DNA of 64,000 bases from Takakia lepidozioides (Eukaryota; Plantae; Bryophyta), in assembly GCA_030704615.1 (NCBI GenBank), contig CM060731.1, positions 95,914,001-95,978,000 of the forward strand, written 5' to 3'. Each line of letters starts with the position of its first letter. Position 1 is the first letter of the stretch. The notes under the pieces were generated by a model. It saw only the letters and a program-made list of their open reading frames with translations, was not told the DNA's origin and ran no database searches. The position numbers were made by a program, and so were the translations under genes. This document shows, in pieces, positions 25,181-34,936 of this stretch.

Positions 25181-25431
25181 CCCAGAATTCAGTTATTCTA
25201 TGACCTGGCCTGGCGGTCCATGAGCCTGGGCTCCAAGTCATGAGCGTACACTGGTACTCATGAGCGGAGTGCTTCTAGCATGAGCGCGGAAATCTTCGAT
25301 TTTTGATTATTTTATAGTTTTTGGCCCGAAAAAAATCTGCCGAAATTCGAAGTGTGTTACTTTGCGGCTCATGGGTTAGCCATGCCCGCTCATGAGCTCA
25401 CTGCTCATGAGCTCATGGAATAGCAACCCCC

Positions 25432-25965
25432 TCTACCTCGCGGTTTGCTTCGGTGTCCATTAGGAGGTGTTCCGAACCTAGTCGTGTACAGCAGATTTTA
25501 GACGAGAAGCCTCAAGAAAATGAAGATGAGGGAGGAGGCAGCAGCTATTAGAGCCCGTCGGGCTCATAGATTTGTCTTGGATTCTGCTGAGGAAAGTGGG
25601 GGAGAAGAGGCAGAAGATTCCCAGGAGGTGAGGTGGACAGTCTCCCAAGGAGAGGACGGAATTTTTGAGAGGCATAGTGCAACCGATGCATCACAGAGCT
25701 CGGAGGATGGGGGGGATGAGGGGGATGAGGAAGAAGGAGGGCCAAGTTCATCGGAAGGTGTAGGAGAGTAGTTCCCATTCCTGCTATGTCAGTTAGGACA
25801 CACTTGTATAGACGTGGCTTGCCACAAAATTTGCAATAAAATATTGCATTTCATTGCTATGACGAGTCCACATAACCCTATTTCCGTGGACACACAATGG
25901 CCCGCTCATGTTGTTGTTTTTTTTTTTCCGCTCATGCTCATGCCGCTCATGAAATAGCAGCCCCC
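25432..25965 (+). mobile_element. Remainder of the paralogous element: rest of last exon and terminus
   Basis: RFASVSIRR...RFVLDSAEES...RWTVSQGEDGIFE aligns with TAAKEAIRR...KFVIESASES...RWTVPAGEDGIFE of exon 9. It ends in GCTCATGAAATAGCAGCCCCC (25965), matching the TIR consensus. Confidence 0.8.
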
Positions 25966-26334
25966 GTTGACACGTCGTCATTTGCAATCACATCCTGCAT
26001 TTGTTTAATCCATTTATCTTTTCATCGTCCACCTAGACACTCCTTGGGCAATCGGCAATCGCCACGTGCAGTCGGGAATACTGGCAGTCATACATTCCCA
26101 TGCCCACGTCATCCTGTTGTAGTTTTGGCCATGACTCGTAGTCGTATCTATCATCTTCCCCTATCTGGTCAAATGTGTTTGACCGCAGATCCTGACATGG
26201 CGGAGGTACAAGGTGGCATATACGACTTCTGGTGGTCACCATTGGCAACCAGGACTGCCCCCTTGCATTTTGCAGACATATATGCTACGACTAGGCAAAT
26301 GTGGCAGACGTTAAAGCCGGGATCTGTTGTAGTG
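25966..26334. mobile_element. Terminal fragment of a CACTA (En/Spm) DNA transposon
   Basis: Ends ...GCAGACGTTAAAGCCGGGATCTGTTGTAGTG (reverse strand CACTACAACAGATC). It has TACGACT subterminal repeats and is homologous to 53319-53481. Confidence 0.7.
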
Positions 26335-27561
26335 TTCATACCTAGCAAACAAGGAGGCCTTGTTTTAAACAGTTGCAAGAAACTCTGAAGTGCGTAAAGC
26401 ATGAACGTGTGGTTCGCACACAAAGGAACTGGCAAATGCGTGTAAGTCTGCGGTGCTTGCAAACAATGTGAGAGAAAGTATGTTTCTCCTGTCCTTCCTT
26501 GTGCCACTGCGTACTTGGAGTAAGGCATTGTGTAATGCGTAACGCCCGCCATAGCTGCAGGGCTATAGCCTTCAATGTTCCCCCTGTCTACTGTCATGTA
26601 TTCATGTATGTAATGGTTTGGAGGTGATGTAGTGATTCTATAGGAGTATATAGTTTGAAATAGGAGTGTGGCTCTTTATTAGTTTCTTCTGAAATTATTA
26701 TCATCAATTTTTTTTTATCTTAAGGAAAATGGTGGAGACATTATGATGAAGGAAGAAGACATGTTCATGGTTGAGAAATTTGTGATTGTCAAGATGATGA
26801 AGTGGAGGAACCACATGCCAAGAAGATGATGACTTAGTTTTTTTCTTAAGAGATAGTGTTTGCGGGGGCGCTGCACAACTAGGAGTAGGGCTATGTAGAA
26901 TAATAGAAAATTCTTTGTGGAGTAGCATTTAGAATTGGAGTGCAAATGAACAAGAATTGGATGTGAAATTGCTCTATGGGGTTCGATAATTTGATAGAAT
27001 TGGGTAGGATGCTAGATTGGAAGTAAATTCAGAAAATGGGGATGATAATTGGTAGGAATGGGGTTATTAGGATAGATGTTAGCCCATTGAATCAATGCTA
27101 GGTAGTTATGGTAGTTAGAGTAAGACACTATGAGTTCCGCTGAATCGATGTATTCATGGTCATTCGAGCGAGAGTGCCGAGGCCCTAGCACAGAAGATGC
27201 TAGTTTGTCGTTTTCAGTAGCTTAAGTAAGAGATAAGAAAAATATGAGTAGTGTGATGAGACAAAGATCTGATGAAAGACTCTGTAAGCTTCATGTTAAT
27301 GTGATGAGATGTTGGAGTTTAATGGGAAGAATTTTGTGTGAAAGAAAAAGATGAGGATTATTTGATGAAATGTGCAGATCAATACGAGAGGAATTTAATT
27401 GAGATGAATATTAAGACATTTATTGTTGGGAGACAATTAGAAGTAGATATAGTGTTCTAATCACGACATAGCAATTCAATTGTGTGCTTTCCCCAGCGAA
27501 CGAACCTTAGAACTAATTGATCATCTTTTAGGATTGATTATAGTTTTGTTCTAAATCTTTT

Positions 27562-27579
27562 TGGCGCCGCTGCCGGGGA
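27562..27579 (+). promoter_or_regulatory. PBS-like motif (tRNA-Asp/Athila type)
   Basis: TGGCGCCGCTGCCGGGGA closely matches the Athila-type PBS TGGCGCCGTTGCCGGGGA. Confidence 0.6.
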
Positions 27580-27787
27580 AAGGCCAATCGAGTGGGCTAT
27601 TTCAGAACATTATATTATTGGTAAAAGAAACGTTGGATCAAAAGAGAAACTGAATTATGAAGCTTGTGAGGTTAGGGCTTTAAAAAAAAAAAAAAGGTCG
27701 GGGATTTTGTGTTTTTAGACTTTTGTTTTTCTTTGGTTTCAATTTTTCAATTTTCTTGGATGTGAAACAATTACATACCAATTCGAG

Positions 27788-28513
27788 ATGGAGCAATTTG
27801 TTTCTACAACCCCTATGGAAGCATATCTTTATAATTATTATGTGAACTTTCAGAGTGTGATTCAGCAACTTCAAAGAGAGAATTGTGGTCTTCATAGTGA
27901 AGTAAATAGGTTGCGAGAGGAAAACTTAAATCTTTCACGGTCTGTAGAGGCAAATTCCTGGATAACACCTATTGAGACAGATCTTGCACTTCGAATTGGT
28001 GATTTAGGCATGGATATTTTGAATTTGGAGACCAAACTCAAAGAGTTGGAGGGAAGGAATCATGATCTGACTGTTCAATTGAATTTGGCTCAAATGACAA
28101 ATTTGGAAGAGATTCGGGCAAAAGATCTTGAAGCCGAAGCTTTGCTGCAAAGAAATGAGGAGCATTTTCAAAGTGAGATTTTGACCTTGAAGGCAAAGTT
28201 AGATACAATCTCAATCAAGAAGGAGAAATCATTACTAGATAATGAAATTTTGCAAGAAGAAAATCAACTCTTATACATGAAGGTGCAATTTTTTGATGAT
28301 CAAGTTGTCACTCTCTTATCTGATAAAGTAAGTTTTGAGCAAGATAATGCAATGACTATTCGACAATGTAAAGAAATTGCTTTGGAGGTCGTGCAAATAA
28401 GGGACCAATTCACTCAATTGAGGAATTCGCAAGAAAATACAATTTTTGAGGTAAAGCTAAATTCTTGCAAATTCTTTGGAGGAGATCAATTTGGATGTGT
28501 GTTCAAATTTTGA
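27788..28513 (+). CDS. Coiled-coil hypothetical protein of the AT-rich element
   Basis: 241 aa ORF rich in E/L/K/Q with a heptad-like pattern; no recognisable enzyme motif. Confidence 0.4.
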   Translation: MEQFVSTTPMEAYLYNYYVNFQSVIQQLQRENCGLHSEVNRLREENLNLSRSVEANSWITPIETDLALRIGDLGMDILNLETKLKELEGRNHDLTVQLNLAQMTNLEEIRAKDLEAEALLQRNEEHFQSEILTLKAKLDTISIKKEKSLLDNEILQEENQLLYMKVQFFDDQVVTLLSDKVSFEQDNAMTIRQCKEIALEVVQIRDQFTQLRNSQENTIFEVKLNSCKFFGGDQFGCVFKF

Positions 28514-29420
28514 TACATTGAAGGCCATTGAGGAAAACTCAAGTTGGAATGGTGATTGTGACAAATTGCTTCAATTGTGCTTACAAACAACAATGCAAGT
28601 GTATTACCATGGAGGTGATGATATTTTCATTTCTTTTGAAATTGATACAATTGTGAAAGTCACGACCACAAAGAAGACCAAGAAAATGTTTAATAATTAT
28701 CCCATGATTGAAGAACAATTGGACCTTTTGGATGGATATAAGGCCAATATTGCCAAAGTGATGATAGTGAATAATTTACAACCAATTGATATATCTAAGA
28801 GCATCATTGATTGTGAAGGACTATGTGTTATAAATCAGCCAAAAAAGTTGGAAGCTGATTTTTTCCAACAAACTTTCATTATGAGACTTTTTCCAAGAAT
28901 TTCTAATTTCCTTTTACAGATGGTATTTCAATTTGGGAAATTGAGAACCAAGATAATTTGGACAATTATAAAGTTTCAATGGGAAATCAAGATTTTGGTG
29001 GACTATCCGAGTTTATTGGATGCACAATTGGTGAAGCAACCCGATCCATCGATTGGGAAATTGAAGAAAGAGCTTAGATGGTTTCATGTATGCGGTACAT
29101 TTCAAATTTTGAATAATGATCAACAAAATGTTCACAGTTGTGGATTAGTTGTGATGATACAATCAACAAATGGTGATGCGGTCTTCTCTGAAAACAATTG
29201 GATTCCTAGTCTACAAGATCATGAAATTACCTCGGAGTACATTTCAACATTTAAGAAGGAGCTTGGTGCTAAACATTCATTCGATACTACATCGTTAATT
29301 CCTTCAGGAGATAATCCAATTAAAAAACTTTTAAAATATCTTCATATAAGACATTTTATAAATTGGCAACGATGGAGCTCAAGAATTTGGGATCCTGGAA
29401 GGAAGTGTTTTTTAGTGTAA
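28476..29420 (+). CDS. Hypothetical protein ending in WDPG, possibly a frameshifted continuation of 27788-28513
   Basis: 314 aa ORF in very AT-rich DNA, overlapping the previous ORF. Confidence 0.35.
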   Translation: MEEINLDVCSNFDTLKAIEENSSWNGDCDKLLQLCLQTTMQVYYHGGDDIFISFEIDTIVKVTTTKKTKKMFNNYPMIEEQLDLLDGYKANIAKVMIVNNLQPIDISKSIIDCEGLCVINQPKKLEADFFQQTFIMRLFPRISNFLLQMVFQFGKLRTKIIWTIIKFQWEIKILVDYPSLLDAQLVKQPDPSIGKLKKELRWFHVCGTFQILNNDQQNVHSCGLVVMIQSTNGDAVFSENNWIPSLQDHEITSEYISTFKKELGAKHSFDTTSLIPSGDNPIKKLLKYLHIRHFINWQRWSSRIWDPGRKCFLV

Positions 29421-31969
29421 GGACTTCAAGTCGTGCTTACTATATAAGCATAGGACAATATATCCCACAATACATCCGTAGAAAGTGATTTGTTTGCGAG
29501 GATGCACACAGATAAGTGTGGGAGTATGTCATGTATTCATGTATGTAATGGTGAAGAAGCTTGGAGGTGATGTAGTGCATAAGAAAAATAGAGTGATTCT
29601 ATAGGAGTATATAGTTTGAAATAGGAGTGTGGCTCTTTATTAGTTTCTTATGAAATTATTATCAGCAATACAAAATCCATTGCAGTACATGCAATGCAGA
29701 GAGCCCCGCTCCTTAGGCCACGTGTTTGAGTTCAAACACCCTTCCATCACTTTCTGGCCCCGTGACAAATTTTCCGGGAATGCCTCCTTAACTGTTTTTT
29801 TTACTTACTGGCCCCTTTGTCGTTGTTAACTCGTGTCCATCTGTCACCGTCCTTATGGCCTGTGCAGCCTGTGTGGCCTGTATGGCCTGTGATGGCCTGT
29901 GCTGGCTGCGAGAACTCCTGTGTTCTCTCATATGACCATACCCATGAGGCGTTATGACATGTACCTCATGATCTGATGGTGGTACTGGGGCATTCCGCTG
30001 CTTCTTCTCTGCTTCAAGATTCAAATCATGTTGTAGTGGTCTATCATGGATACCACTGTATCCTGTAAGTTTGTTGGCATTAACTCTACCAAACATCTCC
30101 TTGTTAATCGTCTGCAGCATTGTTGTGTTGTTATTATACATCTTATGTATGACATAAGGTCATTTCCATGGTGACTTAAGCTTAGAAGCCAACACACAGT
30201 ACTTTCCTTTCTTGTGCAACCACAGTACCAAGTCTCATATCTTAAAAGTTTTAAGTTTGCCTTCATCAAACCGATCTTTCCTCTTCATTTGAATTCTGGT
30301 CATGTTATCAGCTGCATCAGCACAAACTTCTTCTACATGATATAATTCATGTCTTCTTACTTTGATTGAATCTTCCAATTTCATTTTCCTTCCCCATTCA
30401 GTTCTCTTGGTAGGTAGCAAGAATTCCACAGGAAGTAGAGCTTCCATACCATAGACTAATTGAAATGGTGTATGTTTTGTAGTGACTTTGTATGAAGTCC
30501 TATAAGACCACAAAGCTGTTAGCAACTTTGTATCCCAATCCGTTCTGTTGGCATTGACTATCTTAGCAAGAATAGTGCACAATATCTTATTGGTGGCCTC
30601 TGCTTGCCCATTTCCCTGTGGGTAATAGGTTGTGCTCTTCCTGTGCACAATCATAAATTCCTTGGTCAGTAGTTCAATGGTCTCATTGATGAAAACACTT
30701 CCCTGATCACTGATGAACTCTAAGGGATAGCCAAATCTCGTGATAATATTCTCATAAAGAAATCTAGTTGTGGATTTCGCTGTGTTATCTCGAGTGCCTT
30801 GGCTTCTACCCACTTAGTAGTATAATCAGTTGCTGTGATTATATACTTGTTCTGTGGATTGATTGGCACAACAAAATCTAATCCCCATTTCTGAAATGGG
30901 TTCAGTAGGCATTGTAGGGTGCAAAGCCATCTTTCCAGATCTCTGTAATGGTCCTAATCTTTGACACTTATCAAACTTTTACAAAAGTTGTGTACATCTT
31001 TGAATAAGGTAGGCCACCGGTATCCTGCATGTAAGATCTTCCTACTGGTAGTTTCTTCTCCAAAATGTCCTCCAGCTACTCCTTTGTGAATTTCTTCCAA
31101 AACTTTATTGACTTCATGATGATACAAACATCTTTTCAGGACTCCATCTGGTCCTAACTTTTACCACTTTCCTCCTATCATAGTGTATGGTAAAGCCTTA
31201 ATGGCTATCCTCTTTCTTTGCTCCTTCCCATAACTAGGTGGGCACTGACCATGAGTCAAATAGTATCTGATTGGCCACTGCCAATCTAACCAATCATCAG
31301 CCCCAACCTCTACTACAAATAGACTGGCATCAGGTAGTTGATCGTCCACCCCTGTGGTTGGTTCTCCTGTTGCGAGGCGTGACAAGTGGAAGGATAGCAA
31401 GATGACTAATTATACTGCATGAGTTTGAATTCAAAGTTGTTTACAAACCTGAACGGTTGCATCTTGTGGCATATCACTTATCAAAGGCTTGTTCAATAAA
31501 TCAAAGCCTGATTTGAATTTCCTTCCCAGCAGATAATGGCTGAACTTCTTGACTGAATAAATCATTGCCAGAGCTTCCCTTTCAGTGGTGCTATAGTTCT
31601 TTTTAGCATTGTTCAACAATCTGCTAGCATAATAAATAGGTGAATCTATGTTCCTGTTAGAGGACTGTCTGGGACTTAGACATTTTTACGGGATCTGAGG
31701 AGTACCCTTAATTTTTGCACAGACTGAGACCAACAGGAGCCTTAGGGGTGATAACAGCGCACTGTAGAGGGGGGTTACACAGCCCGTCACAGTCGTCACA
31801 GCCAACACAGCCCGTCACAGTCGTCACAGCCAGTCACAGCCCGACACAGCCAAACACAGTCGCACAGCCAGTCACAGCCCGCTGAGTACTTAGAGATTTC
31901 CAACTCTTCTATCTTGGAGTTTCCGCCTCGGATAGCGAAGGGATGGGTGAGTAAAAGCCGCGCGACATT

Positions 31970-31987
31970 TGGCGACCATACTGGGGA
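31970..31987 (+). promoter_or_regulatory. Primer-binding site, tRNA-Arg-like
   Basis: TGGCGACCATACTGGGGA, 2 nt after the LTR CA. The same motif occurs at 46178-46195 (-), 52340-52357 (-) and 59017-59034 (+). Confidence 0.75.
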
Positions 31988-32575
31988 ACTGAGTCATGAA
32001 CAACCAGATGTGACAGGCATCTGGTGGGATCATGGTGGTTGGACCATTAAAGAATTTGAAGTGAATCAAATTCCCTGTGGAACGAAGGAAGAAAGATTGT
32101 CCAAACAATTCTTTCAAAGGTTATTGGAATTGCCAGACGGTTGTAAAGAAAATATTCTTAAGCGAGTGCATGATGCTGATCCGGAATGGGGTCTGGAGAA
32201 AGGAGTGATAAAGATTTATCAGGTAGCCTGTAGAGGAAGAGCACGTTGGTTACCAACATTGGTTTATGTGATAGCATTGCTATCCATTAAGTGAGTAGAG
32301 TTTGAAGGCTGGGAAGAAAGAAAGGTGAATGTTTATACTCATATGCATGAAGAGCTGTACTGGTAAAGAATTGGATTCCAAAGGATATTTTGTGGATCAA
32401 ACTCACACCAAGAACAGCTTTCCAGACTTGTTTGCCATATGGTTATATGGTAACAGAGACTTCAAGTATAGCCAAGGGTGCATTGAAGCTTGAAAGAAAC
32501 CCAGGCATATACGAGAGATATTACAGAAGAGAGTTTTGGTTATTGCCACATTAAAAGAAATGAAAGACATGGGAC

Positions 32576-34936
32576 ATGAGTGATGAAAGAGAAGCTAGAC
32601 GCCAGAGATATTCAGCAAAAAGAGAAAGCTATCTGAAAGCTAATTATCCATATCTTTGGGAGAGAGGAATAGACATAGGGGAATCATCTGGACCTCTCAC
32701 ACCATTAAGATCAAAGAGTACATCACCCATACCGGAAGAACTAGAGTTGGATGCCACTCCTTCTGTTTCTTTGCAAGAAAGATTAAGGGAATTGGTACGG
32801 GAAGAAGATCAATCACGAGGTGAAAGATCTGAGGTACATCCCTAGATAAAAGATTTGACAGAAATCTTTGATAAGAGTTGGCATGGAACACCAAAAGCAG
32901 GAACTCCAGTTTCTGAAGCGGAAGGTGAAGAAGGAGAAGAGGATGTGGCAGAGCCAACGGAGAGTTCAGACTCTCCAACACCATTACAGTTGAGTTACAT
33001 GAGTGAAGAAGAAACCCAAGGGCAGAACTTGGAGGATGAAAACAGAGAGAAGAAATTGGAAGAGGAAGAATATGAAGAAGTAGACCCAACAGCTGAGGTT
33101 GAGACTACAACCAGGACATCCCAACCCGTTGGACCTGGATCAAGTGGAGCACTTGGATCACAGGCCAACGAAGTTGTCGGCTCAGGGGGATCAGGCGGGC
33201 TGCCTGGATCTGGCTCTGGGGGGACAGGGAGTGTGGGAAGTAGTGCAACTAAAGCTGGGAATACTGTGAATATCGTGGGGCCGGAAGCAGGGAGTGCTCA
33301 AGGGCCACCACTTGGTGGAAGATCCACCACAACAACAACAGGTCCAGAAGGACCAGCATCAGCAAGGGTGCCAGCACCTGTCAGTGGGCAGAAGGTAGGG
33401 CCACAGATGGCGTTACAACCAACACGGGCAAAACCACCCTTTCCAATATATTCAGGAAAAGGGGATCCCGATGTACACATTAGCCAATTTGAGCACATGT
33501 GTATAGTGAACAATGAGAATGGCGATGATGCCAAGATGAGATTGTTTCGTTGTTCACTTATCAAGAAAGCAAGTGAATGGTATGCAAGATTCCCTGATAA
33601 TCATTTCCTAACCTGGAATGGCTTGAATACAGCATTTCAAAATAGGTTCAGGACAAGTAAAACTGAAGATGAAGTGTATGGAAGTTTACAACAGTTAAAG
33701 CAAAAGAAGCATGAAACTGTTGAGGAGTATATGGAAAAGATGGAATTGATGATGAAAAAGCTGGCTGCGGTACCAGCACCCGGTTTACAGAAGACTTGGT
33801 TTGTGAGTGGACTAAGACCAGAGTTGCAAAAGAAAGTGGATATGTTACCCCATAATACAGTGGAGGAGGCATTTGAAACTGCAAACAGAATTGAGCAATT
33901 GGGAATGCTCAGGAGAGAGAAAAGGGATGATGAGGACTCTGAGGATGAGTCAGATGAAGAAGAAGAGCAAGAACTGAAAAGGAAGAGTAAGAGAAAGGAG
34001 AAGTTGAAGAGGAATAACTATGAAAAAAGATTGGAAGAAATCTTGAAGAAGTATGCCACAGAGGCTGCAACACATTGGAGGAAGGGTGTATGGTGTGCAA
34101 AGTGCCAGAATGAAGGCCATACTACCACAGAATGCCACATGAAGGAGAAACACTGTACTATCTGTAAAATGGATAACCATTCTACTGAGAATTGTTACTA
34201 TAACAGAAGGACAGCTGCAAGAGAACCTAGGCAAGTAAGGGTGCATCAGGTGCAGCCCCAGCCAAGAAGAAACAATGATCAGGACCACTATGGTAGGTCT
34301 GGTGGTTATAACAATGGCATGGAAGGGAGAGGTAATTCAAGAGGAAATTACCAAGGAAATTCTAGAGGCAACTATCAGGGTAATCCAAGGGGGAATTACC
34401 AGCCCGGGAATCAGGATTATAGAAATAATCCAAGAACAGACCAAGGGCGAGGACCCAATGGTGAAGAACTATGTTACTATTGTAATCAGCCAGGACATCG
34501 CAGGGCAGCCTGTGCATTCTGGATAAGACACCAGAATGAGATGAGAGCTCCTGTGAATGAGGGCCCAGTGGTGGCAGCTCACATGGTTAGGCCATGTGTT
34601 GTACCAGAAGTAAGTACAATGATAGTAACAAGAAGTAAAGCCAAACTAATACCTCCGGTAGTAGAGGAAGAAGATGATAATGAAGGTGGCAATGATATGC
34701 ATGAAGATGAAGAGACTTGGAGAGATGAGAAGGAACTGCACAAAGAAGTGGCAGATACCATAAGGGAAATGCAGAAGAGTACTGATATTCCTGTGGCAGA
34801 TTCCTCTGATTCTGATGAAGAAGAAGAAGGGAGTGAGGATGAAAGGAAGAAAGAAGATACAGACATGCAAAGTAATATGCCAGACCAAAGCAGAAATTAC
34901 CATTGGACAGCTATTAGCTGTGGCACCTTATTGTAG
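32576..34936 (+). pseudogene. gag: gag with three CCHC zinc knuckles (premature stop at 32843)
   Basis: Retrotransposon gag core (YSGKGDPDVHISQFE...ASEWY...LKQKKHETVEEY). Knuckles CAKCQNEGHTTTEC, CTICKMDNHSTENC and CYYCNQPGHRRAAC. Confidence 0.88.

Larger units (their letters stand above)
12352..25431. mobile_element. Complete Mutator-like (MULE) DNA transposon carrying a transposase and a ParB-like/DNA-methyltransferase-like cargo gene (copy 2)
   Basis: Termini GAGGTTTACTATTTCATGAGC (12352) and, on the reverse strand, GGGGGTTGCTATTCCATGAGC (25431) are imperfect inverted repeats. It encodes a MULE DDE transposase (+) and a divergent spliced gene (-). Its flanks are the two halves of one interrupted exon of a paralogous element. 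No clean TSD found. Confidence 0.85.
26592..29664 (+). mobile_element. AT-rich non-autonomous element bounded by short direct repeats (26592-26703, 29527-29664)
   Basis: Direct repeats TGTCATGTATTCATG...GAAATTATTATCA (TG...CA). Purine-rich AAGTGTGGGAG lies before the 3' repeat, and an internal PBS-like motif at 27562. No RT/IN. No TSD seen. Confidence 0.7.
26335..31654 (-). mobile_element. Degenerate older Ty3/gypsy fragment (RNase H-integrase and start of 3' ORF), interrupted by an AT-rich element
   Basis: ORFs 31431-31619 (NYSTTEREALAMIY), 31161-31400 and 30235-30813 (ISDQGS...GQAEATNK integrase core). 26335-26591 is similar to 39420-39630. Confidence 0.85.

Noticed and set aside
27562-27579. 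Additional copy of the MULE GGCGCC palindrome, or a tRNA gene
   Set aside because: It lacks the CCGAAAT arm, fits a PBS better, and has no cloverleaf around it.
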